Part shown: positions 50,986-62,796 of the stretch, piece by piece
Numbering within the stretch: the first letter of the stretch is position 1
How the letters are laid out: each line of letters starts with the position of its first letter
Source: Marsupella aquatica
Lineage: Eukaryota; Plantae; Marchantiophyta
Length of the DNA: 64,000 nucleotides
Assembly (NCBI GenBank): GCA_973895155.1
Contig: OZ316895.1
Location: 4,141,659 to 4,205,658 of the forward strand
Direction of reading: 5' to 3'
Notes under the pieces: generated by a model
Database searches by the model: none
What the model saw: only the letters and a program-made list of their open reading frames with translations
Told to the model about the DNA's origin: nothing
Made by a program: the position numbers and the translations under genes

Positions 50986-52973
50986 CCTCACTCGCAACAG
51001 TGGCGACGACTACCATTGGACTACCCTTGTTGGGACAACTAATATTGAGCAAACTCTACACTTATTTGGATATGCACAATAGTAGCACTCAAAAATGTGA
51101 AGACATACCTTCTCATGTCTTTTCACCTTGGACAACAATGGGCGACCTCCAAACGTAAGCCATTCGTTTCTCGAAGATAACCTCGTGCCAGAACCCAAAA
51201 CTGCCCCGAATGTGTGGTGGGCTTTCGCCTCTGCGATTCTGCCTTCCCTTATTTTGGGGATATGTGTTTCACAGTCGATGTGAAGCTTTCGCCTCTGGAA
51301 TTCTGCCTTCCCTTCTTTTGGAGATAAGTTTTCGCACTCAATGTGAAGCTTTGGTCGAAATTTCTTCGAGCGCTGGGCAAGTCATCTCAATGTGAAGGCA
51401 TGATGGAAGTTTCTTCCAGCATGTTTAGCAATGACTTCCTGAGGTGTAGCCGGGATGTCTTGCATTGCAAAGGAGCATCTACTAATTTCCCTGCATTTTA
51501 GCGGTGAACTTGGATGGAACCTGACTGATGTGCCGATCAGAGCTTGCTGCTGTCCAGTGATCTCGATATTCGTAAACTGCCTTGGATTGAAGTGCTGTAC
51601 TAGCTATTGGACCCAATCTCAGACTGCCTGGAATTAGGGCAAGCGTACAGATCGACAATGCCGTAAGTTCTCGTGAGCGTGCAGTGGGCATCTTGAACAC
51701 AGAGTGTCAGGTTCGGCTTTTCTCTTTGAAGCATATGGAAATCTCCATGCTGCATTGCGGGTACCCGGTAAGCAATCTGCAAAAGAGATCCAGGCATTTT
51801 TGACTGCTGCCCGGTAAGGTCGCCAATTTCCTTTCTCTAGTTGCTTCGTGTCCAGTGCCTGCCCCCGGATGTTAGATTCCCACACTTCGAAGCTTGCAGG
51901 CCCTAGAATTTCTCTCATCGACAGGTACCACTCGATTGTGGATAGAGTGCCTCACAGCAATGGTCGGCATTTGCTGCCGGTGCCAGGATGAGACGACCGT
52001 CTGTTCACCACCGACCAGCTTGCCGTCAAATAGAATGAGAGTCTCGGCATTCGACACCTGGATTTTATGCAATGGACGGTTGGACCACTACAGCCACATA
52101 TGTTCGCTTAATGCTGATCTCCTGCTAGACTTTGCACTTCTGGTTCTTGAGAGTGAGAATAAGTTCATAGCTGTGGGCGTAGAAGTGATCTATCTCGTTC
52201 TGTGGATACTCACTTGCCTCCATAATCCTCTCCGTGTTTTGTACTCTGCTGCTGCCTTCTCTGTTGGAAAGATCATAGGGACTTCACTACTGGCCAGGTG
52301 AAAATGTCAGGACAGTCAATCACGTGAGAAATCCGTTCAGGGGAAGGGCCCAAATCTACACATGAAATCGAAGGCTCGCGAATTTGAAAGAAATGCCACT
52401 TCAGTGGATAGCAATTGGTGACAATTATAAGATATTCAATACGTGCAGTTCGGGATTCGAGGATTCCAAATTTACACATGAAATCGAAGGCTAGCACATT
52501 TTGCAAGACAAGCTGGACAGCAAAAGGTTTTTCAATGCAGTACAAGCAATTCGCTTGGCAGTTCTCTTCAATTCAAATCAAATGGCCCTGAAAGTACATT
52601 TTCGTTCCTCTGAACAATATATCCTATAAAATTTCCACGAGGGCCATGATAACCCTCAGGGAATCATCTCCTCCTCACATTCACATCCAAACTTTAGCTA
52701 ACAAAATTTAAAGTGAGGTGCCAGAAATCACCAGACTTTCACAACAATGTGGATGGTCGCGCAAAGGATGCCCGTGTCCCTCCCTACCTCCAAGCACGGC
52801 ACGAAACTACGACATGCGACTTTAACTACACAGAATCTATCACCACTGTATCAAGCTGCAACGCTTGCAGCAAACAAAATGAGGCGCCCAGGAGAGTCAT
52901 AACAAATTTTGTCTTCACCCTCCGATAAACTTGAGTGCCGCATTAGCACAAAATCCTAGCTGGAGGAAACACC

Positions 52974-53849
52974 TCATTCCACCTTTTTGGCTTTCCGAAC
53001 CTTCCCTTCTTTCTTCTCGGACGGGAAAATATATCTGTGAACATAGAAATTGGCGAACAGGAAGAGCATGGAGAGCATGTAGTAAAACAAAATGTCGGAA
53101 AAAAATCGCGGATTATGAGCATTACTCTGAGGGTCTCTGTAAGCCTGCACCAAGTTCAAACAGAACTGCAACATCTGCAATTGCGTCAAGTACTTGCCCC
53201 ACCAGAGGTACTTCCGACGCACTTTCTCATCTTTGCCCAGGGTTGCAGCTAGCAGATAGTAGAGGTACATGGCCACATGGACTCCAGAGTTCAAGGTAGC
53301 TGAGAAATAAGCTTCACCACCTGGAGCGTGGTAAGCAATTAACCACCAAATAAAAGAAATAGAGGCATGATGGTACACATGCAGCACTGTAATTTGGCGG
53401 GTACTAGCCCTGAGAATCATGATGACTGTGTCCATGAACTCGATGTACTTCGACATGTAGAAAATATAGACCAGATGGCCCATCTCAACCTGCTTGGGGT
53501 TGTATGGATTGCCCCATAGGGTGTACCGGTTCAAGATGGCCTGCCGAATAAAGCCCAAGCACATATAGAGGCTGAGAAGAAAGCAGATGGTGTTGTGGAA
53601 GATGACGAAGATTTGCAGAATGAGCGGCTCCTTGGCTCTGGGCTTCAGATTCCGAGCCTTAATCACGAACAGACCCGTGATCACGAATGTAAGGTAAGAC
53701 GTTAGGCCGAGTACAACGGGAGTTGGGCTGTCCATGAAGGGGAGCCCCTTGGTAATAGGCGACACGCTAAGCTTCTCTCCGAATATTCTTTCAAACCCAG
53801 CGAAGACCATATTGGAGATCGCCCGGTCCACGGTCTCGTACAACCCCAT
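52974..53849 (-). CDS. ELO/GNS1-SUR4 family fatty acid elongase, Delta6-PUFA elongase-like (PSE1/ELO1 type), 291 aa, intronless
   Basis: KYIEFMDT, LHVYHH His-box, HVAMYLYY, TQLQMLQF and a C-terminal KKVE ER-retrieval signal. Confidence 0.93.
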   Translation of the reverse strand: MGLYETVDRAISNMVFAGFERIFGEKLSVSPITKGLPFMDSPTPVVLGLTSYLTFVITGLFVIKARNLKPRAKEPLILQIFVIFHNTICFLLSLYMCLGFIRQAILNRYTLWGNPYNPKQVEMGHLVYIFYMSKYIEFMDTVIMILRASTRQITVLHVYHHASISFIWWLIAYHAPGGEAYFSATLNSGVHVAMYLYYLLAATLGKDEKVRRKYLWWGKYLTQLQMLQFCLNLVQAYRDPQSNAHNPRFFSDILFYYMLSMLFLFANFYVHRYIFPSEKKEGKVRKAKKVE

Positions 53850-56029
53850 TTTGCCTCCGTCTCGCCACCCAACGCTCGATCCTCTGCTCCTTTCTTCTCA
53901 AAAGCGAATTGGTTCATTCGAGTCAGATTTGAGAGACAACTAAACTGCGGAAGACCTTCCTGCCAAAGTTCCACTGCTCGTCTCAGAAGTGCATCTGTTT
54001 TATCAAGTCAGGACTGCACAGAGCTACTTCAAATTGTGCTTCTCGATCCTCCTTTGCTTCGTCTCAGGGACGAATTCGTATTGGGTCAGGCAGAAACAGT
54101 AGTAGGTTGTCGCGACGGCCTCACTGATTGGCAGTGCTATCTACTGCTAACGAGAGCTACCACTGTCGAGCTAATGAGGGACCATCTTTGTGATGAGAGG
54201 TGCCATGGCTACGTCCTGTAGAGAGCCGGGCTATGCTCTTGCTAATGAGAGGAGATCGAGTGGGCAGAGGATGATGCATCATGGTCCTGTTCTCTGTGTT
54301 ACACATCTGGACATCACGAGGATATCTGTCCATAGAAGTACAGCTACTGACGGAGCTATGCAGCGGAGTGCTGATGGGATCGGATCGTTAGAGACTGTTA
54401 ATGAGAGGAGCCACGTTGCTAAGAAATTTTGATAGAATGTGTGCAGAGATGATCGTGTCAAAGCCGAGGATGGGCGGGTGTGAAATCGGAATTTGTAATC
54501 ACTGGTGTAAAACTAAAATGAACAGAGAATCCTCCTCAAACGTTACTTCACCATCCGTCTTGAAGGTATTGATGATCTTCTGTCAAGTGTACAAGTTCAC
54601 TTTACAAGAAGTCAGAAATCCAGAAGGAACACAATCCTTCTTGACCGCTCGTGAATCCTGATAAAGTACCTCTTCGTGTTCGTGTGTCCTGAGCTCCCAG
54701 CTCGAGGCAAAGACGGAAATGGATTGCGACTTTGCAACCATTGAATCTGGTACGGAGAATCTCGGTGAAGGGTCCATAATTATAGAGGGAAACTTATTTC
54801 TAGCCGTTCATGCAACGTATCCACCTTGCATGAACCCTAAACCCTATCCCCATGGCATTTTTGGCATTGATATCAACATAAAGCAAGGAGCCTGTTTAGA
54901 TAAATCAGAAACCTGTTTTACTATCATATCCCCAAACTTCCAAGTAATTACTAGAAATATTTTTTAATATATATAATTGTACTTTGTGGTAGGGCCCAAA
55001 AATGTCTCCAAATCTTTTTTCTGTGCATATGATTCTATGCATAGTATTTTGTAAAATGCATAATATTCTGTAAAATACAGTGTACAATACTAAAGAGATG
55101 GCATTTGCAACAGTTCAGCTTTTGTGACCAAACCTCTTTAGTTATGGGCCTAGTTAATGAACCGCCAAAACCCTGTGGAAGGCACTATGCCCCGGGGCCA
55201 AAAATAAACTCCACTAATGCACACTAAAAGCGCCCTAAATACCACCAGAAAGACCAACAAGAGCCCTACAAAAAGCAACCAAGTGCAGTTGGGGGAGGGA
55301 GCCACAGCCAACCTCCCCAAAGTCCCCCACCCCCCAGCATTCAGCTGGAGAAAAGAGTCTATCCTAAATAGAAGCCCAATCCTTCATCAGAACGGATCAT
55401 CTATACCACCAAGCCCAAACTACTGCCAGGCAGGCAATTTCAGAGTGGGCAGCACAGCCCTCAAGCATTAACAAGTGCAATCCCCCAGACTAGTCTAAGT
55501 TATTATTAACCTGTTCCCACAACTTGTTTGATTATCAGGTTAAACTTAGGTTGTTTTGTGTATGGGTTCACTTGGCTCGACTATACTAACTCAAGATGAC
55601 AGCCCGGGGATGACAGGCAATTGGTTTGCAGACACATGGAGCTAGGTTTGTGATTTGCCCATGCTAACCCCCTCCAATGGTACCTTCACCCTGGACCAGG
55701 TTACACCATTCAACACTCATCAGAACAAAGGTGTCAACTACTTACTGTCAACAAGCTCACAAGTCATGGTCCCCTGCAAAGTGAAGCCATAGATTGTAAT
55801 ATCTCTGGCAATATTGATTTTGATATTTTAACTATATGCATGTGAATAAGGATGGGCATGGGGAGTCAGGGTACAGGGTGCCCTTTTTGTGCATACACAA
55901 GGTCAATTGGGCTAGTAACACAAGAGACAACTTTTGGTGGTACACAGTTTTTGTGTGTAGCTCTAATCAAAGTACAAGTGTCCTGTTTTATGACACACTA
56001 GCTCAATACCTGTGCGTTGCACAAAAGTA

Positions 56030-56770
56030 GTCGTGTCGGCCAAGATGTCATTGAGAAAAATGATGTAGTGTCAGCCAAGAGGTCGTGGAGAAAAAAGATG
56101 TAGTGTTGCCTAGGAGGTCATGGAGAGAAAAGATGTCGTGTTGCCCAAGAGGTTGTGGAGAGAAAAGATGTCGTGTTGCCCAAGAGGTCGTTGAGAGAAA
56201 CGATGTCATGTCGCCCAAGAGGTCGTTGAGAGTAAAGATGTCGTGTCGCCCAAGAGGTCATTGAGAGAAAAGAAGTTGTGTTGGTCAAGATGTCGTTGAG
56301 AAAAAAAGATGTTGTATTGGCCAAGAGGTCGTTGAAAGAAAATATGTAGTGTCAACCAAGAGGTCGTGGAGAAAAAAATGTCTTGTCACCCAAGAGGTCA
56401 TTGAGAAAAAAAGATGTCGTGTCGGCCAAGAAGACGTTGAGAAAAAAAGATGTCGTGTTGGCCAAGAGATCATTGAACAAAAAAAGTCATGTCGGCCAAG
56501 ACATCGTTCACGGAAAATACCCGTGCATTGCACAAAAGATGTTGTTAAGAAATAAGATGTCGTGTTGCCCAAGATGTTGTTAAGTGAAAGATGTCACAAA
56601 GTAAAAAGATGTCTTAAGAAAAAGTAGTTTTGCCAAACATGCCATTGTGTGAAAGATGTTATTAAGAAAAATGTGTCATTTTGCCAAAGATATCATGAAG
56701 TAAAAGATGTTAAAAGAAAAATGGTGTTATTTCACCCAAGCTATGTTTTGTGAAAGATGTTATGAAATAA
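56030..56770. repeat. Degenerate ~34-36-bp minisatellite (GATGTCGTGTTGCCCAAGAGGTCGTTGAGAGAAAA)
   Basis: More than a dozen units, decaying towards the right. Confidence 0.88.
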
Positions 56771-58103
56771 AAAATCAAGGAAACTAAGAAGGAGTGAGTC
56801 TTTTTCTTTGTTTTGTTGTTTTACCCAAAATGTCCATGCATTTGAATGGCGACCACTATAAATTGGAGCAACGTTATATTATTGGTTTCAGATTTAGTGT
56901 TTTAGGGTTTAGCAAAGATGACTATTCTCTCAATATCCTTTCAATCCCAGTGCGTTGCATAATAGATGTTGTTTGGTTAAAGATGTTGTTGAGAAATAGA
57001 TCGTACGTGATGCAACAGATAATCGTTGAATAAAAATAATAATTGTTAAAATACATTATTACACAAAAACTTTTGTTGAGTGAAAGATATCATTGTGCAA
57101 AATAGAAATTGGGGTCCATGCAAGATAACTAAAAATTAACTAATTTCCAAAGAGTTAAATCTCCTTTTCAAGAGCAAAAGCCAAAATAATATAATGTCAA
57201 CCTACTCTCTTCCCCTTAGTGCTCGCTCCCTACCAAAACCATTATCTCAAGTAAATCTTTTCACTTTCATGCCCCATGCCAAATGTACTCTAAATTAATA
57301 GACCATAAAATAATATACTTACACTTTAATGCTCCATGCCAAAAAGTATTATAAGCAAGCTACAAAATAACTACAGTTACACATACAAGTACTCTATGAT
57401 ATATTATATCTACCTTGTACTATAAGTGACATACCTACCTTGTACTATAACTTACACCCAATTTTAGGTTCCCATCTCACTCAATCCAAGAGCCATAAAT
57501 AATTCAAGAAAATATCTGATGGCTTAGCTTTGTTCCCTCCTTTTTCATTTTTGTAACGGGAGGAAGGACTAAAACTGGTGGGATTGGTTATTATAGTAGA
57601 AGATTGTAATTGTATGAGACAATGACAACAAAACAAATAAAAATCATGATAATAAAATAAAGTTAATGATTGACTGCATGTACCTCAAAACAAGCTCAGC
57701 TATATGTTGATGCAGCAGGTTCAAAGAAGTTCATATTTTGACACATTTTCAAAGTGAGGTGGTTTAGTGATTTGGTGTGAGGGGGCAGTCAGAGTAAAAC
57801 TGTGGAGTGGGTTGACTGCAATGAAACCATCTACTCTCCTCAGTGTTGAGCATAGACGACGATCGCAATGGCAAGCCCATGAACCATCCAACGCACAATA
57901 GTCGACACAAGAGATACGTGGTTCACCTCCTTGAGGCTACGTCCACGGGAACACACAAGAGAGCTTTACTGAACTCTAAGCCCGTCGGCTATACCGAGTC
58001 TCCACAGTGTAAGCTCTCCCTATCTCTCAAGTGGCTCCATAACAATGAGCCTTGGTTCTACCTCTCCAAGCACACATGCCTCTTATGATATAGTGTGCAA
58101 CTT

Positions 58104-58262
58104 AGTTGTACCTAACCACATAGTTGTACCTAATCACGTAGTTGTACCTAACCACATAGTTGTACCTAATCACGTAGTTGTACCTAACCACATAGTTGTA
58201 CCTAATCACGTAGTTGTACCTAACCACGTAGTTGTACCAACCCACGTTATTGTACCAACCAC
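58104..58262. repeat. 18-bp tandem array (~9 units) inside the LTR U3 region
   Basis: Alternating GTTGTACCTAACCACATA and GTTGTACCTAATCACGTA units. Confidence 0.9.
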
Positions 58263-58491
58263 GTCATACCTAACCTAGACGTAAGAGTAAATACCCAACA
58301 ATCTTCCCCTTGACTCTGGTCTAGGGGAGAGTAATACTGCCAATGTATATGATCCCTCAGCGGGAAGTTCTGGACAGAAACCAAACCGGTTTCCCTCTCT
58401 AACTAGAGCAAACCAGAACTAAGCCGTAGCCTAATACATAGGAATGAGGAAGAGCATATATCAGTAATTACAATGAATGTTTAAGAAAACT

Positions 58492-61400
58492 CTACTTGTG
58501 ATGCAATTGCAAAACCTGCAATACGTCACGGTGTCTAGAGAAACTCTCCAAAGGAATCACTTTGGTAAATGCGTCAGCCGGGTTGAGTTTACCATCAATC
58601 TTGACTAGCTCAAACAAATTATCAGACACAGCCTGCCTGATAAAATGGTACCTGACGTCAATGTGCTTCACTCTGCTGTCCATCACCTGGTTCACAGCAA
58701 GGTGGAGCGCACTTTGACTATCACAATGGAGCTTCACATTCCCCTGTGGCAATCCCATTTCAGTGATAAGTCTATCCAACCAAATCGCTTCCTTTGCTGC
58801 TTCCGCAGCTGCAACATACTCCGCTTCTGTAGTAGACTGAGCAATACACTTCTGCAAAGTAGACCTCCAACTTATGCATCCACCGCCAAGTGTGAACACG
58901 TATCCTGTTGTTGATCTCCTTCGGTCCAAATCTTGTCCATAGTCAGAATCTACATAGCCAATCAATGATCTAGCATTCTTTGCATTCGCATCAAATAAAA
59001 GACCATGATCCACGGTACCCTTCAAGTACCTGATAATCCACTTCACTGCTTCCCAGTGTACATTCCCTGGATTCGACATGTACCTGCTCACCTTGCCCAT
59101 AGCCATGGCAAGATCAGGTCTAGTGCAAGTCATCAAATACATGAGACTCCCCACTGCCTTGTCATATGGAACCTTTGACATCAACCCCTTCTCTGTGTCA
59201 TCCGTAGGACAGAACGCTGATGATAACTTGAAGTGTGGAGCCAACGGGGTACTTACTGGCTTGCTATTCTCCATGTTGAACCTTGCAATTACCTTCCTCG
59301 CATAACTGCTCTGCGTCAACCATAGCTTGCCAGCCTCCAAGTCCTTAGTGATCTCCATACCCAAAATCCTCTTAGCTGGCCCTAAGTCCTTCATCTTAAA
59401 CTCTGCACTAAGCAGTGCCTTGAGCTTAACAATCTCAGACCTATCCTTGGCTGCAATTAGCATGTCATCCACATAAAGTACTAAAACAATGAACCCAAAG
59501 ACAACATTCTTCACCGGTTTCAAATACACACAAGGGTCAAATACACTTCTGTGAAAACCTTGTGACCGAATCCAATCGTCAAACCGCTTGTTCCACTGTC
59601 TTGGTGACTGTTTCAACCCATACAAGGATTTCAGCAATCTGCAAACCAATTCCTCCTGTCCTCTCTTCACAAAACCTAGCGGTTGTCTCATGAAGATCAC
59701 CTCTTCCAATGTGCCATAGAGGAAAGCTGTGACAACATCCATCTGATCTAGGAGCAGACCAAACATTACAACAAGTACACACAATAGTCGTATTGTAGAG
59801 TACTTAGCAACTGGTGAGAAGACCTCATTGTAATCCACACCTTTCTCTTGTGTGAATCCCTTTGCTACCAATCTAGCCTTGTAGACCTTCGATCCACCTC
59901 CTATGGAATTATCCTTCAGCTTGTAAATCCACTTGCTGTCCACCACTTGCTGACCCTTAGGCAGCTTAACAAGCTCCCAAGTTTTGTTGTCCTTTAGTGA
60001 CTGCATCTCCGTTTGCATTGCTGCAGTCCACTTCTGCTTCTCTTTTGAAGCACTTGCCTCATGAAATGAAGAAGGTTCTCCTTCTTCCAAAATTAATGCA
60101 TCACCCTCATCATCAGCTGTAAAATCATCCTCTTGCAGTTGAGATGAATCAACCCACTGTCCATACCTTGATGGAGCGCGTACAGTGCGACCAGATGTTC
60201 TTCTAGCCGATGACTCCGGTTGATCTGCGTATGCTGGTACAATTTGAAGCTCAACAGCATCCACTTGTTGCTCACCAGCATCAACAAACTCCTCTGGTTC
60301 CTCTGGCACAGGAACCAGCTCCATAATTGGAGCAACTCCTTCTCTCCGGTCATGCACCTCATAACCAATCTCCCCCTCAACGAGATCCGGGATAGGAGAT
60401 TTTCCTTTGTCAGTACGGGAGACCTGAGTATTCTCCCCCTCCTTCAATAATCTGGATTCATTGAAGGAAACATCCCTACTAACAACGAGCTTACAGGCAA
60501 TAGGATCCCATAGCCTATAGGCTTTCACACCACTCTGGTACCCAAGAAAAATACATTTCCTGGAGGTAGGATCCAACTTGGTCCTATTCTGCTTTGGTGT
60601 GAGAGCATATGCATCACTTCCAAAAATTACCAAGCCATGATAGTCTGCTTGCCGCTTATAGCGCATCTCAAACGGCGTTTTGAAATTGATAGCACTAGAA
60701 GGAGAAAGATTTACCAAATAAGCTGCGGTATTGACAGCTTCTGCCCAAAATTCTTGTGGTAAACCTGATTGGCTCAACATACTCCGTGACCGCTCCAACA
60801 GTGTCCGATTGAGCCTCTTAGCGACACCATTCTGCTGCGGAGTATAAACTGTGGTGAGATGGCGAGTTATCCCCTGTTCTGAACAGTACTCTTCAAATTC
60901 CATTGAAGTGTACTCCCCGCCGTTGTCTGACCTCAGACTCTTCACCCTTGTATCCAAACACTTGATCGTGTTTCCAGTCTGATTCTCCACCTGGGCCTTC
61001 CACTTCTTAAAAATGGACAAGACATCAGACTTATGCGTCATGAAATAAATCCACACAAATCTTGAGTAATCATCAATAAATGATACATAGTACAACTTTC
61101 CAGAGTGTGAGGGAGTCGGGGATGGACCCCACACGTCACTATGTATGTACTCAAGAACCGCTTTGGAACGATGAGTTCCAACACCAAAAGCACGACGATG
61201 CTGCTTTCCAAGAATGCAATGCTCACAAAACTCTAATTTACAAGATTGCAAATCAGAAATGAGTCCATTCTTCCGTAAGATAGCCAAACCCTTCTCACTC
61301 ATGTGGCCTAGCCGTGAATGCCACAGTTGAGTCATCTCCTCGTGAGACTTGGTTACATTGGCCTCTCCACATACAGTATTGCCCTGTAACACATACAAAT

Positions 61401-61764
61401 TCTTTTGTCTACTCCCCTTCAAAATCACTGTCTCTCTCGACCTGACTTGAAGTTCACCATCAATAACGCTCCATTGATGACCATTTGAATCCAACACACC
61501 GAGTGAAATCAGATTCTTACGCATGCCAGGTACATACCTGACTCCGGACACTATGCACACAGTGCCATCAAACATTTGAATCTTCACAGACCCAATTCCC
61601 TCAATTTGACAGGAGTGATCATTTCCCATCAGAACTGAACCGTTTGAAACAGAGTAAGAACTGAAAAACTCACGAATGTAACAAATATGAAAAGAGCAAG
61701 CACAATCAAGAATCCACACATCATCTGCTCTCCTAGATGACGTGCACAGGGCATACCCCCGGCT
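58492..61764 (-). CDS. pol: Copia Pol (protease, integrase, reverse transcriptase, RNase H), uninterrupted
   Basis: WILDCACSFH, HSRLGH..CEHC, HSDVWGP, LRSDNGGEY, YKARLVAKGF, LYVDDML, YVDSD and KHIDVRYHF. Confidence 0.95.
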   Translation of the reverse strand, partial: SRGYALCTSSRRADDVWILDCACSFHICYIREFFSSYSVSNGSVLMGNDHSCQIEGIGSVKIQMFDGTVCIVSGVRYVPGMRKNLISLGVLDSNGHQWSVIDGELQVRSRETVILKGSRQKNLYVLQGNTVCGEANVTKSHEEMTQLWHSRLGHMSEKGLAILRKNGLISDLQSCKLEFCEHCILGKQHRRAFGVGTHRSKAVLEYIHSDVWGPSPTPSHSGKLYYVSFIDDYSRFVWIYFMTHKSDVLSIFKKWKAQVENQTGNTIKCLDTRVKSLRSDNGGEYTSMEFEEYCSEQGITRHLTTVYTPQQNGVAKRLNRTLLERSRSMLSQSGLPQEFWAEAVNTAAYLVNLSPSSAINFKTPFEMRYKRQADYHGLVIFGSDAYALTPKQNRTKLDPTSRKCIFLGYQSGVKAYRLWDPIACKLVVSRDVSFNESRLLKEGENTQVSRTDKGKSPIPDLVEGEIGYEVHDRREGVAPIMELVPVPEEPEEFVDAGEQQVDAVELQIVPAYADQPESSARRTSGRTVRAPSRYGQWVDSSQLQEDDFTADDEGDALILEEGEPSSFHEASASKEKQKWTAAMQTEMQSLKDNKTWELVKLPKGQQVVDSKWIYKLKDNSIGGGSKVYKARLVAKGFTQEKGVDYNEVFSPVAKYSTIRLLCVLVVMFGLLLDQMDVVTAFLYGTLEEVIFMRQPLGFVKRGQEELVCRLLKSLYGLKQSPRQWNKRFDDWIRSQGFHRSVFDPCVYLKPVKNVVFGFIVLVLYVDDMLIAAKDRSEIVKLKALLSAEFKMKDLGPAKRILGMEITKDLEAGKLWLTQSSYARKVIARFNMENSKPVSTPLAPHFKLSSAFCPTDDTEKGLMSKVPYDKAVGSLMYLMTCTRPDLAMAMGKVSRYMSNPGNVHWEAVKWIIRYLKGTVDHGLLFDANAKNARSLIGYVDSDYGQDLDRRRSTTGYVFTLGGGCISWRSTLQKCIAQSTTEAEYVAAAEAAKEAIWLDRLITEMGLPQGNVKLHCDSQSALHLAVNQVMDSRVKHIDVRYHFIRQAVSDNLFELVKIDGKLNPADAFTKVIPLESFSRHRDVLQVLQLHHK

Positions 61765-62796
61765 TCATAAAACATACTCATCATTGAGTAAATCAGCTTC
61801 TCCATTAGCCCTAGCCACATTTGCCGATGAAGTTTCCGCTGCTTTTCCCTTACAGTCTCGCTTGAAGTGTCCAACTTGGTTGCACTTCCAACATGTCACC
61901 TGCCTCCTCTGAGGGGATTTACCCTTGGACTTAGATCTGGATTTAGATCTAAACTGGGTTCTACGGTCCCCAGTTGGTCGCTGCATACTCCTCCCACGGT
62001 TAACATTGAGGGCAGCACCAGATGATGAAGGCTGTGATGTGATGTGCATCTTCTGCTGAAGATCATCACTAAGCAGAGAACTTACCACGTCATTGTATGA
62101 AATGGTATCCCTATCACGATGCAACAACACTCGTGATAGGGACTGGTAAGATGGAGGCAATGAACTAAGCTGCAGAGCCTTCGTCTCATCATTCAAAGTC
62201 TCCCCAAGGTTTTCCAAGTCAACGACCATGTCGTTGAAAGCATCCACATGGTCTTGCAACTTCGTACCAGATTCCTTCATCCTGAAACTCATCAGTTTGT
62301 AGGAAGTGTAGAGCCGGTTCGACAACTCCTTGCGGTGATACTTGCTCTGCAATTCCGCAAACAAGGACATGCAATCCTTATGTGCACCTAACTGCTTGAT
62401 GATGGGAGGCATGAGATAGAGTGTAACACACCACACTCCCTGCTCCTGCATGCGGTCCCATTGTTTCTCATCAACATCGTCTTCACGAGGGCTCAGCAGT
62501 TGGCCCATCCCTGACGCATAAAGCACTCCCTTCACCTGCTTCTCCCATAGCAAGTAGTCAGAGCGCCCATCATACTTTGTCACTTCATACTTGGGTCCCC
62601 CAAGCTTGAAAGTCCCCATCTTCTTCTTTACCGTGAGCTTCGGTAGTAGTACTGCTTCCTCCACCACACGCCGCACCGGTGATGGTATCGGTGTCACGTG
62701 CTCTTCCTCCTGCTCCTCTCTCTGCCCCTGAAACCTCCGCGGTGATCCTTGTGCTTCAAGTTCCACGTCTTCGAAAAACTCCTCCGAATCACTCAT
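61765..62796 (-). CDS. gag: Copia Gag, 343 aa
   Basis: KYDGRSDYLLWEKQVK, UBN2-like core and zinc knuckle CWKCNQVGHFKRDC. Ends at a TGA in frame with pol. Confidence 0.93.
   Translation of the reverse strand: MSDSEEFFEDVELEAQGSPRRFQGQREEQEEEHVTPIPSPVRRVVEEAVLLPKLTVKKKMGTFKLGGPKYEVTKYDGRSDYLLWEKQVKGVLYASGMGQLLSPREDDVDEKQWDRMQEQGVWCVTLYLMPPIIKQLGAHKDCMSLFAELQSKYHRKELSNRLYTSYKLMSFRMKESGTKLQDHVDAFNDMVVDLENLGETLNDETKALQLSSLPPSYQSLSRVLLHRDRDTISYNDVVSSLLSDDLQQKMHITSQPSSSGAALNVNRGRSMQRPTGDRRTQFRSKSRSKSKGKSPQRRQVTCWKCNQVGHFKRDCKGKAAETSSANVARANGEADLLNDEYVL

Noticed and set aside
33811-53849. Biosynthetic gene cluster (diterpene synthase + ABC1 kinase + elongase)
   Set aside because: No P450, class I TPS or tailoring enzyme is present, and there is no known shared pathway.
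56118-56583. Repetitive ORFs
   Set aside because: They are minisatellite translations.
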